Source of the DNA: a virus
Taxonomy: Duplodnaviria > Caudoviricetes
IMG/VR virus record: IMGVR_UViG_3300022671_000005
Coordinates: 32,001-96,000 of that record
DNA: 64,000 nucleotides
Reading direction: 5' to 3' (one strand)
The translations under genes and the position numbers were made by a program. Below are positions 1 through 9,882 of the stretch, in pieces (position 1 is the stretch's first letter; the number at the start of each line of letters is the position of its first letter). The notes under the pieces are model-generated. The model ran no database searches. It worked only from the letters and a program-made list of their open reading frames with translations, and was not told the origin of the DNA.

Positions 1-57
1 TCAACTAAGTTCCATTACTACAAAGCTAAGTTAGACCAGATCTATAGAAACATGTAA
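1..57 (+). CDS. 3' end of a gene truncated by the window edge
   Basis: Frame 1 reads STKFHYYKAKLDQIYRNM then TAA TAG, directly before a hairpin at a convergent junction. Confidence 0.45.
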   Translation, partial: STKFHYYKAKLDQIYRNM

Positions 58-66
58 TAGACTTAT

Positions 67-103
67 CTATACACTACCATGCGTTATGCATGGTAGTGTA
101 TAG
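67..103. terminator. Inverted repeat, 16-bp stem
   Basis: ctatacactaccatgc-gttat-gcatggtagtgtatag between convergent stops. Confidence 0.7.
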
Positions 104-114
104 GGTCTATTAAT

Positions 115-525
115 TTAACTTATATATTTTGCTTTGAAACCAGCTTCTGCTAATGCATTGATAACATTAACAATATCTGTCTCTAAGACATCAAACACTT
201 TAATGTTGATGGAATTAGTTATAGCAATAGGTGCAAGAGTAGCTTCATCTATCCACTCTACTGCAAAAGCAATTTTCCTAGCAGGATTACCATCATCTGC
301 TGTGTTGATGATTATGTATTCTTGTTCAGCAGCTGGAGTTACACTTGGAGTATCCTTAAGAACTTCTGCATGATATTTGTCAACATCAGTAAAAGCTTTG
401 GCTACATCATAGGTTACTACACCTGCTACAACACCAATCCAAACATTACTATCATACGTATTGATAGTACTGAATTGAATCTTGAGACCAGTTACAATCT
501 CGTGTCCATTAAGAATTAAACTCAT
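115..525 (-). CDS. Hypothetical phage protein (136 aa)
   Basis: ORF overlaps the groEL stop by 4 nt; natural amino acid composition; no GroES motif seen. Confidence 0.75.
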   Translation of the reverse strand: MSLILNGHEIVTGLKIQFSTINTYDSNVWIGVVAGVVTYDVAKAFTDVDKYHAEVLKDTPSVTPAAEQEYIIINTADDGNPARKIAFAVEWIDEATLAPIAITNSINIKVFDVLETDIVNVINALAEAGFKAKYIS

Positions 526-2282
526 TTTGTATCACCTTCTTTTTCATCTATTATCACACCTCCTGGTATGATAACTCGATTAGTGAACATAAACTTAAGG
601 GCTACCTCACCGAATCTTCTAATCAGACCCTTATCAACAGATATGGGTTGTAGAACAGTAGCTTCGCATTTTTCAGAATCTAAGCAATCTCTTAAACTTC
701 TTATACATTTAATTGCCACATTGTAGACCATTGGTTTATTTTCATTTAACATACTTAAAACAACATCTGCTTCATTTTCTGGTATATACTTACAAGAACA
801 TTCTGTTAGTTTTACAATACCATCTTTAAAAGCAGTAACTATAGATTTCTGAAGTTCACAATCTAAGCCTTCAAAAACCCTATCAAGGCATACCCTTAAG
901 AGTTGATAACCACCCATAGAAGCGCCTTCCAGTAGGGTAGCTCTAGTAGCCTTCATAGTGTCCTGTACAACATCTAAAAGTGCTTGATTATCATACGCTG
1001 CACCACCTATAACTATACGACCTTGTTTCTGAAGAAGTATAGTATTATAGATGCGTCTAGCATCCTTAACCATAGTGTCTGTAGTATGTGTAACCGATGT
1101 ACTTTTCTTATACTCTTCGACAAACTCATCTATATCTTTAAGGTATTTGAAGACATTACTATCTTCATCATGGAAGTCTGGATGTAACATATCTTCAGTC
1201 TTTTCCAACACCTTAGATATGCTGAGTATACCAGCTTTAAATGATACATTGGCATGATTAAGAATAGCTAAGTCTTCAGCGTTTAAATTCTTAACACCAA
1301 AAGTTGTTAACATACCAACATGATCATTGATAGTTGGACTAAAAACATTGACATTAAAAATACCAATATTCTTATTACCTTTGATACCTATCAACTCTTC
1401 GATAGTTGTTCTAACTTTTACATCAGCACCATCTGGAGCTACTATAACAACCTTCTTACCATTGGCAATATAATCCTTAAGAGTCAATACTAATTTATTG
1501 AACTCTGCAGCATTTGATACCATCTGAGACAAGCAGAGTATTACATCAGTATCTTCCAGTTCAAATGCATCACCATGTGCTGTGTTGTAAAACCTATTGT
1601 CAAAGATATGTGCTTTGCAAGAGTAATCAGATTCATCAACTTTTACAGTAATATCTTTATCTGTCTCAAGACGCTCTCTTTCAAATACCACATAGTTCCA
1701 AGCTTCTTTAGGAGTTTCTGAGTATAACTCAGCAACACATTTGGATAACTCCTTATTGCCATGTGAGCTTGACATAGCCTGAGCTAATGCAACATTATAT
1801 ATTTCCTGTTGGGTAGATACAGTTACTTTAGACTCTTCTAGGATATCAAGCATCTTAGATGAAAATACGCTATATGCTTTAGTAAACTCACCATACGAAA
1901 TACGTTTGTCTTTAAGATAAGATTTAAGAGTTTTCATTATAGCCGCAACCATGATGAGACTAGAAGTCGTCCCGTCTCCTGACTCGCGCTCTATACGTTG
2001 ACTAATATAAGCCATAGTGTCTTTAACATGTTTTTCCATAGGGCTAATAAACTCTATGGCTCTAACTATATTCAAACCATCTTTTGTAAAAGTAGGTTGT
2101 GCCGTTGGATCCGATGGATTAGTTAATATAGCAAACTTACCATATGGACCGCAATAATCTGAGAGTATCTCCATTATTGTTCCAAATGTTGAAATCATAA
2201 TCTCATCGATTTTAACCTCATCGATGATATTGGTCATTCCAACAAAAGCATTAAGTACCTGCCTCCTATCTTCTTCAGACAT
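522..2282 (-). CDS. groEL: GroEL-like chaperonin (divergent)
   Basis: GPYGK, FTKDG and GDGTTS nucleotide-binding motifs; VQDTMKATRATLLEGASMGG matches GroEL [20 protein letters not shown]. Confidence 0.9.
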   Translation of the reverse strand: MSEEDRRQVLNAFVGMTNIIDEVKIDEIMISTFGTIMEILSDYCGPYGKFAILTNPSDPTAQPTFTKDGLNIVRAIEFISPMEKHVKDTMAYISQRIERESGDGTTSSLIMVAAIMKTLKSYLKDKRISYGEFTKAYSVFSSKMLDILEESKVTVSTQQEIYNVALAQAMSSSHGNKELSKCVAELYSETPKEAWNYVVFERERLETDKDITVKVDESDYSCKAHIFDNRFYNTAHGDAFELEDTDVILCLSQMVSNAAEFNKLVLTLKDYIANGKKVVIVAPDGADVKVRTTIEELIGIKGNKNIGIFNVNVFSPTINDHVGMLTTFGVKNLNAEDLAILNHANVSFKAGILSISKVLEKTEDMLHPDFHDEDSNVFKYLKDIDEFVEEYKKSTSVTHTTDTMVKDARRIYNTILLQKQGRIVIGGAAYDNQALLDVVQDTMKATRATLLEGASMGGYQLLRVCLDRVFEGLDCELQKSIVTAFKDGIVKLTECSCKYIPENEADVVLSMLNENKPMVYNVAIKCIRSLRDCLDSEKCEATVLQPISVDKGLIRRFGEVALKFMFTNRVIIPGGVIIDEKEGDTK

Positions 2283-2287
2283 TATTT

Positions 2288-2764
2288 TTATGTTCCCTTT
2301 TCTTGAGTTTTAAGATGTTTAACACGTTCGATTAATTCCTTCTCGTTCTCGATTCTCATTTGCGTAACCCTTCTTTCAAGATCTATAAAGGAATCAAAAT
2401 CCATTTTCATAAGATCTATTGGAGTTAATCCAAATATATCGTATAATCTTTTATCAGATCCCATAGGATCTTTGATAATAGTACTGGAGCACAGATCCAT
2501 GATCCTATCATAGTAGTGACCTGTTACTGGTTTCATATCAGGTCTGTGTGAGAAATAATTATAAGGTTCTTTACTATCAATATGTTCTCTATTGAAGTGG
2601 GTGTCATAGAGGATTTGTAAACCTAAGTTCTTTTCAAATCCTCTAGCACCTATAGCTTCTTTTTGATATTGAACATACTTATTGTAAAAATCTATGATAA
2701 GATCCGGATCATCAGTTACGCCATACCTATCTGCCCCAGCTTTAGATAAGTAAGGGATGTAAAA
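2288..2764 (-). CDS. Hypothetical protein; frame open upstream of the tracked ATG (2536) to 2785 without a canonical start; probable -1 frameshift extension of the upstream gene
   Basis: Manual translation: ...FYIPYLSKAGADRYGVTDDPDLIIDFYNKYVQYQKEAIGARGFEKNLGLQILYDTHF...MKPVTG; overlaps the 3' end of 2716..4239. Confidence 0.65.
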   Translation of the reverse strand, partial: FYIPYLSKAGADRYGVTDDPDLIIDFYNKYVQYQKEAIGARGFEKNLGLQILYDTHFNREHIDSKEPYNYFSHRPDMKPVTGHYYDRIMDLCSSTIIKDPMGSDKRLYDIFGLTPIDLMKMDFDSFIDLERRVTQMRIENEKELIERVKHLKTQEKGT

Positions 2765-4239
2765 AGCGCTTGGGCATCCCAGGCTTTATACCCATTGATG
2801 TGATCAGTAGAACTCTTACCACATTTTTCACATGCAATAACAGCATATCCAACATGTGAGAGTTTAGTCCTCTTGATATAATTTGTAACTTCTTTCATAA
2901 TTATACCTTCATCCTCACTATCGTCGTTGAGTGCCAGTGCCGCATGAACACCTTTTACATCTCTACATGAGAATTCTACGCTCCCTTCATCATCAAGGTA
3001 TGACACTCTACTTATCCAAGGTGTGAAGTTCCTATTGTAGTTGAGCATTATTCTACGAGTAGTTTGAACACTACTTGCTGAATGATCCTCATTACCATTA
3101 ACAACTATCTCAGCCATTAGAGATTTTTGATATGATAATACTTCACCAATAGTTGGAACTTTGAGATCATATTTGATATGATTGTGTGAGAACGATGAAG
3201 ACATATCAAGAGTATCATTTCTATACTCTTTCAATTGTTCTGGTTTGACAGGTTCATCAGAAATGAGAAACTTAAGGGCATCTTCTGCCATTTCAGAAGT
3301 ATCAACTATTCTCATTCTGTTGATATCCATCAATTTGGATTTGGAAACATGTTGACAATCCTCATGACCACATACTAAATCAATTTTAATGCCATTCCTG
3401 TGCATCATCGAACAGACTGCCCAGTAGAGTGTATCTAGATCTTGAATAGATACATTGTCAATCAGAGTTTTCTTTTTATTCCAACCTATCAAATTTGAAT
3501 TAACAACTGCTGCATTGAGTAGGTCCATAAATTTAGCTTTGAGATGCATGTCGTGAATCATGAACATCAATCCACCAATTATTCTACCAAGCTCTTCCCC
3601 TTCCTGATCCACTTCAACATAGAAGTCGTCAAGCTCTGTTAATTCAAGGGGTCTTAAACAAACATAGAATCCAGAGTTATATAGGTATACCTTCTTAATA
3701 CCTTTAATTCTGGAAGTAAATGCCATTCTTGCGGCTTCTCCAGATAGCTCTGCATTGTAAGATTTCTTACCATGTGAAGTCTTGTCTTTATCCGATACTC
3801 TGAGTGCTGACGGATCCTTAGTTTCAGCCATTGCTTCTGAAGCAAACGCTGCTTGCATATTACTCGCTGGAGTATCATCTGTTTGAAGGAGTCTACTTAT
3901 GTAGTGATCTCTATCAGACAATATTTCTCTACGTTTCTTATGAGTAATTTTTTTATCACTAAGTACGTCACTAACCTGCTTTGCAGTTTCAACTGGATTA
4001 GTGTTGCATAGAGGTAAATGGTAATTTGCAGGTGTTGCTTTTTCAGAATCCATATTTGGACTCTCATTATTATTAACATCTTTATCAATAATTGGTTGTT
4101 CAATAGATTTAACCTGATCGGGTTCCTCAACAATTATTTCTGGAGAAGATTGTTTCTCTTCTTTCTCTTTTGCAATTTTTTCTTGCCACTCTTTTTCTGT
4201 TAACTCATTAGGTTCATTACTGTTCTGTTCTTCTGACAT
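2716..4239 (-). CDS. Conserved phiKZ-like protein (gp52-like); possible baseplate-hub/tail assembly chaperone
   Basis: Acidic disordered N-terminus; Cys motifs CGHEDC and CEKC; lies near the DNA polymerase gene as in phiKZ-like phages. Confidence 0.55.
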   Translation of the reverse strand: MSEEQNSNEPNELTEKEWQEKIAKEKEEKQSSPEIIVEEPDQVKSIEQPIIDKDVNNNESPNMDSEKATPANYHLPLCNTNPVETAKQVSDVLSDKKITHKKRREILSDRDHYISRLLQTDDTPASNMQAAFASEAMAETKDPSALRVSDKDKTSHGKKSYNAELSGEAARMAFTSRIKGIKKVYLYNSGFYVCLRPLELTELDDFYVEVDQEGEELGRIIGGLMFMIHDMHLKAKFMDLLNAAVVNSNLIGWNKKKTLIDNVSIQDLDTLYWAVCSMMHRNGIKIDLVCGHEDCQHVSKSKLMDINRMRIVDTSEMAEDALKFLISDEPVKPEQLKEYRNDTLDMSSSFSHNHIKYDLKVPTIGEVLSYQKSLMAEIVVNGNEDHSASSVQTTRRIMLNYNRNFTPWISRVSYLDDEGSVEFSCRDVKGVHAALALNDDSEDEGIIMKEVTNYIKRTKLSHVGYAVIACEKCGKSSTDHINGYKAWDAQALFTSLTYLKLGQIGMA

Positions 4240-4310
4240 TGCGTATACTCCTTTTAGGGTTTAAATTATAGTTAAGTATATGATTACCAGTACCATTAAA
4301 AATAAAAAAT

Positions 4311-4342
4311 ATACAGGTTGGTCCTGTTGGACCAACCTGTAT
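4311..4342. terminator. Inverted repeat, 14-bp stem
   Basis: atacaggttggtcc-tgtt-ggaccaacctgtat, followed by a T-run on the minus strand. Confidence 0.75.
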
Positions 4343-4354
4343 CATATTCGAACA

Positions 4355-5212
4355 CTATGCAATCTTAGGAAACCAAAGACTGACGGGTTGTACAGATTCT
4401 ACTTTTATGAGGTCATCCTCATAAATAATCACCAACCCAACTGACTTTTTGTTGGGCGCAACACATATGTTTGTAGTACCACATTGTTTAGACTTCTTAA
4501 CATACTCTGATTTAGATATGGAAGTTAAACCTTCATAAATTGGTATCTTGAGTAAGTAATCACTGTTTATCTTGGGTAATTTACTGAAGTCTATTTCCAC
4601 ACGTGACAATCGAGTTCCAGTAGCCAAAACATTATTAACAGGTACAAACGAAACATTTTCATTACACAAAACATTCCTATGGAATACAGCATAATTGTTC
4701 TTTATGGCACCAATCAAATGGTCACTTACTTTTATAGCAACCAATTTATCTACAGGTGGTTTACCTTTAACTGTTTTTGTGATAAATACTTTTTTTTCAT
4801 CGTCACTATATTTAAAGGAATCCAGCAATCCTTTATTGACAGTGGTTGATAATTCAGAAATATTTATACATGATCTTCCAGTTAAACAGAACGGGAAAAT
4901 CCTCATTAAAGTAGTCACAAAGTCCTCGTTTTTAAATGCAACTTTATGAACAAAATCATCTACTGTAGGTTTATACATATAAACTGGAACCATAGGAGCC
5001 TCTTTCTTACCATTTTTCTTACCTATTGGCATCTTGTGTCCCATGGTAGAGAAATATACATTTAACGGATCTGTTGAATCGATCCATAAATATTTTTGTC
5101 TTCTAGCAAACAAGGAAGATAAAAATAATCTTAATACATCTAGGTCTTCTTTTTCCAATTTCATATTTACACCAGATTTAATATTTGAACTTTCATTACA
5201 TACAAAGTTCAC
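4355..5212 (-). CDS. Hypothetical protein (basic; start may be 5164)
   Basis: 285-aa ORF followed by a hairpin. Confidence 0.7.
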   Translation of the reverse strand: MNFVCNESSNIKSGVNMKLEKEDLDVLRLFLSSLFARRQKYLWIDSTDPLNVYFSTMGHKMPIGKKNGKKEAPMVPVYMYKPTVDDFVHKVAFKNEDFVTTLMRIFPFCLTGRSCINISELSTTVNKGLLDSFKYSDDEKKVFITKTVKGKPPVDKLVAIKVSDHLIGAIKNNYAVFHRNVLCNENVSFVPVNNVLATGTRLSRVEIDFSKLPKINSDYLLKIPIYEGLTSISKSEYVKKSKQCGTTNICVAPNKKSVGLVIIYEDDLIKVESVQPVSLWFPKIA

Positions 5213-5333
5213 ATGGTATTAAATTTAATTAGTGTCATATGGGAATAGACTAACCTATAAAATAGTAATTAAATTATTATAAACGTCTATCATCTTACGT
5301 AGTGTAAATCAAAAAAAATAAAAAAGGTCATTA

Positions 5334-7412
5334 ATGAACAGAATAGTTGAAACAGTAAATAGACCAGACTTGGGTAAAGTCTACAGATACCATATGTGTA
5401 GATATCTGATGATGTTGGGTATGGAAAGAGAGACGGCCATTAAGTTTGTAGAGAGTGTTATATCAAATAGGTTTGTTGATAAGACTATAGTTTCTATTGA
5501 TAAAGAAGGTGGTCATTTAAGATTTAGAAAGACAGGACTTTTAAATTTTACTAAAAAGATGTCTGATGTTATAGTAACCCCTAGTGGTAGTTTCTATGAA
5601 CCACATTATAAAAAGATGTCTTTGATGTCGGTGTTTGCTGAAGACGGATTGGCTAAGCGTAAGATATTGAAGAATAAACAGTTTGAATGTAAAGCTGCTG
5701 GTGATTCTGCAGGGGAATTACAAGCCATGTATGCTCAAACACAGGTTAAGATAAATCTTAACTCATTACCGGGTGGTTTTGGTAGTCCGTACAACATCTT
5801 TTATGATAAAGGTGGTTATAATGCAATCACTTCAGTAGCTCGTGCTCTTATAGCACATGCATACACTACAGCTGAATTATGTCTTGGTGGTAATCCAGCT
5901 GTATTTGATTTTGAAGAATTGATCAATTGGGTTATGACTGCTACAGGAAAAATGCCTGATAATGAAACTATAGCAAGAGTTACTGACAAATATGGAATAA
6001 AGTGGGCTACTAAAAAAGATCTTTTAGATTACTTTGTAGATACATTAGGTTGGTACAATCCAGGTGTTAATAAAGATCAAATAAAAAGTCTGATTTCAAT
6101 GTTGACAGATTATCAAATTCAATACATGTATTATCTTGGTAATCTACCACACTTATTGTTTAATAACGATAACATCTTTCGTAATAAAATTAAAGACATT
6201 CTTTCTCACGAAATTCTACCTATCGATGGTATTGATCCAAATGATTTTAAAAAGATTGATAGTGATATATTTGCTGTAGCTATGACTATTAGAGCTAAAG
6301 AGTTGGAAGGTATCAATATTAAAGAGATTATCACCGAAGCTCCAGATGTAGCTAGACAGATTGTTGCAACAGCAAATTCGATTCAAAACAAATTGAAAGA
6401 TCTAGACGAGTTGATGGAAACATTTATCTATTCAAATATTTCTACTCAAAAGATTCTTACTAGAACAAACATGAGAAGACATACTGTTGTTGTTTCAGAC
6501 ACTGATTCTATCATATTCACTTCTAAGAATTGGTTGAAGTGGTATACTGGAACATTAGAAGGTTTATCACAGGAATCGTATGACATAGCTGCACTGGCAA
6601 CATATTTCATAACCAAAGTTAATGAGGACTCTATGGCCAAGTTTGCCATAGACTGTGGAGCTACAGGCAAGTATGTCAGACAAATGAAAATGAAGAATGA
6701 ATATTTATATCCTATCCTTCTCATTTATGATATTAAGAAAACTTACTGTGGTATAGTAAGGGTGCAGGAAGGTGTTATATGTCCAGATGGTGATCTAGAC
6801 CTTAAAGGTGGTGCATTGAGATCGTCTAATATACCACCTATTAGTTTAGACTTTATTAAAAACTTCATTGAGAATCATATTCTTAATCCAGCAGAAAAAG
6901 GAAGGCTTAAAGCTTCTAAACTTATTGAAACTGTACTAGATTACGAAGTAGGTATACGAGGAAGTTTAGAGAGGTTAGAGACTACCTTTGTAAAGCGTGA
7001 GTCTATAAACATGAAAGGTAATTATTCCAAACCTGAAAGTTCAGCATGGATGTATGGAGTTGCTTGGAATGATATCTTTTCTAAGAAATATGGAAATTTT
7101 TATCCACCAGACAAAGTGTCTGTGTTGAAATTGTTAATTCCAACTCCAGAGTATTACGAAACAGTAAAACGAATGGACGAAGAGCTATATAGGCGAATGC
7201 TCAAATATGTTGAAACCTATGGTAAATTCCCAACAAGTGTTGTCATACCTAATAATGTCTCAGGTATTCCAAGAGAACTTTCTCCTATAATAAACACAAG
7301 AGAAATTATCTGGAACAACATGAGACCTACTTACCACACCTTGGAAAGATTAGGTATATATGTTGGTTATAAAAAAGAAAATGCATTACTTAGTGATTTT
7401 TATACGACATGA
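5334..7412 (+). CDS. Family B DNA polymerase, polymerase portion (phiKZ gp50-like)
   Basis: Motif B-like KINLNSLPG, motif C SDTDS, then MKNEY and KKTY; no exonuclease domain recognised, consistent with the split phiKZ-type PolB. Confidence 0.88.
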   Translation: MNRIVETVNRPDLGKVYRYHMCRYLMMLGMERETAIKFVESVISNRFVDKTIVSIDKEGGHLRFRKTGLLNFTKKMSDVIVTPSGSFYEPHYKKMSLMSVFAEDGLAKRKILKNKQFECKAAGDSAGELQAMYAQTQVKINLNSLPGGFGSPYNIFYDKGGYNAITSVARALIAHAYTTAELCLGGNPAVFDFEELINWVMTATGKMPDNETIARVTDKYGIKWATKKDLLDYFVDTLGWYNPGVNKDQIKSLISMLTDYQIQYMYYLGNLPHLLFNNDNIFRNKIKDILSHEILPIDGIDPNDFKKIDSDIFAVAMTIRAKELEGINIKEIITEAPDVARQIVATANSIQNKLKDLDELMETFIYSNISTQKILTRTNMRRHTVVVSDTDSIIFTSKNWLKWYTGTLEGLSQESYDIAALATYFITKVNEDSMAKFAIDCGATGKYVRQMKMKNEYLYPILLIYDIKKTYCGIVRVQEGVICPDGDLDLKGGALRSSNIPPISLDFIKNFIENHILNPAEKGRLKASKLIETVLDYEVGIRGSLERLETTFVKRESINMKGNYSKPESSAWMYGVAWNDIFSKKYGNFYPPDKVSVLKLLIPTPEYYETVKRMDEELYRRMLKYVETYGKFPTSVVIPNNVSGIPRELSPIINTREIIWNNMRPTYHTLERLGIYVGYKKENALLSDFYTT

Positions 7413-7413
7413 C

Positions 7414-7451
7414 CTATATCCCTATCGTAGTGTACTACGATAGGGATATAG
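7414..7451. terminator. Inverted repeat, 18-bp stem
   Basis: ctatatccctatcgtagt-gt-actacgatagggatatag starting 2 nt after the polymerase stop. Confidence 0.75.
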
Positions 7452-7517
7452 ACTCGAATGAACTATTGTATGTTTACGATGCAAAATATTAATTATTAAC
7501 AAAGGTTAAGAAAGACA

Positions 7518-8546
7518 ATGTATTCTTCAGAAGAATTACAAGATCAATTTCTAGATGACATTGTTGAAATTTCTCCACTCATAGAGGATTACCTTGCAGC
7601 GCAATTATACGAACTTGAAGTTGAGTACGCAGAAGATATTTCTGATGAGACCAAATTTAATTTAGTTTTGCGAATGGTGTTGGGTGAACTATCTACCATA
7701 GGTATAGAAATATATGGTGGTACTGATATCTTTAATGATACAGAAAAGATAGAACTTATTAAAGTATTGAGAAAAGAATTTGATATTTGGAATCTCAGAA
7801 CTACTTTAATGTCAAGTGAAGATTTTAGAAATAGTGTTGAATCGTCTTCTAGGGATTGGGATGAGGAAAACATAGTCCATGTTATCTCTTCAATAGCTAG
7901 AGACATATTCCCATTAAGTACAACATGGGAGTATATAAATAACATGGCTCTTGAGCATGTTGCAAGTACTAATAATTTACATCAACATGTAATGCGACTT
8001 ATTGAATCCATAGAGAGTGGAGTTATAAGTAATAATGAAGAAGATGAGTTGATATCTGAATACACAAAACAAATTTCCTTTCAAAGGGTTAGATTCATTC
8101 AACACATCGAGGCTTTGCGTAGAGATTTATTAGACTTCCAAGATATTGACAATTACAAAGTTAATATGGTATTGGATGATGCCCTAATGACTTACGATAT
8201 CGATCTAATTAATAATCTGCAACCTGATCAGATAAGTATATATTTAGATGATGCTGACCCACACCCTGCATATAGGTCCGATGGTAAACCTGATGTAAGG
8301 ATAGTTGAACATCACAAAAAATTGCATACTCATCATGCAGAATGTCTTCTGCTTAAGAATCTTCTAACAGGGGATTTTAACAGTGATGTTCCATATGTTG
8401 CATTGCTTGTGGCAGATGGTCATAGAGAACCTTGGACTATTGAAAAGAATATACAAACCTTTAGAGAATACACTAAAGACCTAAAGCTATCAGCTGTTTT
8501 AAATGCAACTGCAGATAGATGGATGAAATTAATAACAAAGTTGTAA
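7518..8546 (+). CDS. Hypothetical acidic protein (phiKZ gp79-like position)
   Basis: 342-aa ORF directly upstream of the RNAP beta' subunit. Confidence 0.7.
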   Translation: MYSSEELQDQFLDDIVEISPLIEDYLAAQLYELEVEYAEDISDETKFNLVLRMVLGELSTIGIEIYGGTDIFNDTEKIELIKVLRKEFDIWNLRTTLMSSEDFRNSVESSSRDWDEENIVHVISSIARDIFPLSTTWEYINNMALEHVASTNNLHQHVMRLIESIESGVISNNEEDELISEYTKQISFQRVRFIQHIEALRRDLLDFQDIDNYKVNMVLDDALMTYDIDLINNLQPDQISIYLDDADPHPAYRSDGKPDVRIVEHHKKLHTHHAECLLLKNLLTGDFNSDVPYVALLVADGHREPWTIEKNIQTFREYTKDLKLSAVLNATADRWMKLITKL

Positions 8547-9859
8547 TTAAGCTTATGAATGAGTCCTTTCTAAAATATGTACACCATTATGCAGATCGCT
8601 TACTTCAAAGAGATACATTGATATCGATGTTTATGAGAAGTGCTCCTGGTGACATACCAACTGGTGACGATTTAAAGGAAGCAGACCCTTCCGTCACAAA
8701 TGGTGTTATTGTCAAAACAGGAAGTGGTTTTGCATTCATGCACGATGGAAATATTATTGGAATACAACCTAATAAGATTGATCCTAATGTTCCATTTGAC
8801 ATCTATGACGAAATCATGGTTGGTCCTAAAGAAATATCAAATTGGACCAAACCTAAGTCAGAGTCTACAACGATAGGCCTATACCTACTTAATTATATCA
8901 TTCTTGCTTCAGTATTTGGAGATAAGATAGATTATGTTAATGAGGAATGGGATATTGGAAAGATAGAAAAACAAATCGCTAAGGGTATACTAGACGATGA
9001 GATATCTGTAGCAGAATACAGAAAATATATTGACAATGCTTATTTCATTGGTCACTTCTCTGAACTATGTGTTCCTACTGTTACTGAAAGATCGTTTATA
9101 ACTGATCCAAAAGTTGCTGTTAGGAAAGCCGAACTTCTTGAACAATATAAAGGACAACTTAACGATCCAATTATTATCGAGAAGATAGAAAGTGAACTTA
9201 TCGCTATGGATAAAGCATGGTTAGTAGATGATCCTTCGGCTGGGTTTCATAATGCTAATGCTAAAAAGTCTTATGGTATACATAGAAAGAAACTATTTAT
9301 CACAGTTGGTGGTATAGAAGCATTTGACCAAGATGGTGCTAGTTATAATTTCATTGAGAACAGTCTAGATGAAGGTTGGGATCCAAATGATATGGATATC
9401 ATAGCAAATGAAACACGAAAAGGTTCATATAACCGTGGTGCTGAAACCCAAAAGGGTGGTGCCCAAACTAAATTCATCTTACGAGTATTCCAGGATATTT
9501 CCATAACTGAGAACGATTGTGGAACTAAAACAACTGTAAAACACATGATAACAAAAGCCAACTATTTGAATTATGTTGGTAGAGCTATTAAAGAAGGAAC
9601 TAAGTTTATCATTCTAGATGACAACTCTGTGGTCAATTATATAGGCAAAGAGGTAGATCTTAGAACACCATTATCATGTAAAACTACTGATGGGTTATGT
9701 CACATGTGTAGTGGACAGAAATTTAAACAATCTGGAATTGAATCGATAGGTACAAGAGCTATTGGTATCAGTTCTAAATTTATGCTTGCTAGCATGAAGG
9801 CATTTCATGGTAAAGTTATTTCTGTTACTAACATTGACCCATTTGAATTTATCCAATAA
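8519..9859 (+). CDS. Virion RNA polymerase beta' subunit, middle fragment (phiKZ gp80-like); start may be 8555
   Basis: Bridge-helix-like RKGSYNRGAETQKGG, ENDCGT, Zn site RTPLSC-x6-CHMCSG, trigger-loop-like SMKAFHG. Confidence 0.9.
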   Translation: MDEINNKVVIKLMNESFLKYVHHYADRLLQRDTLISMFMRSAPGDIPTGDDLKEADPSVTNGVIVKTGSGFAFMHDGNIIGIQPNKIDPNVPFDIYDEIMVGPKEISNWTKPKSESTTIGLYLLNYIILASVFGDKIDYVNEEWDIGKIEKQIAKGILDDEISVAEYRKYIDNAYFIGHFSELCVPTVTERSFITDPKVAVRKAELLEQYKGQLNDPIIIEKIESELIAMDKAWLVDDPSAGFHNANAKKSYGIHRKKLFITVGGIEAFDQDGASYNFIENSLDEGWDPNDMDIIANETRKGSYNRGAETQKGGAQTKFILRVFQDISITENDCGTKTTVKHMITKANYLNYVGRAIKEGTKFIILDDNSVVNYIGKEVDLRTPLSCKTTDGLCHMCSGQKFKQSGIESIGTRAIGISSKFMLASMKAFHGKVISVTNIDPFEFIQ

Positions 9860-9882
9860 ACGTTAATCATAAAGAGGTTATC

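Noticed and set aside
115-525. GroES co-chaperonin beside groEL
   Set aside because: No PLxDRV or mobile-loop GGI motif, and longer than GroES; a distant analogue is not excluded
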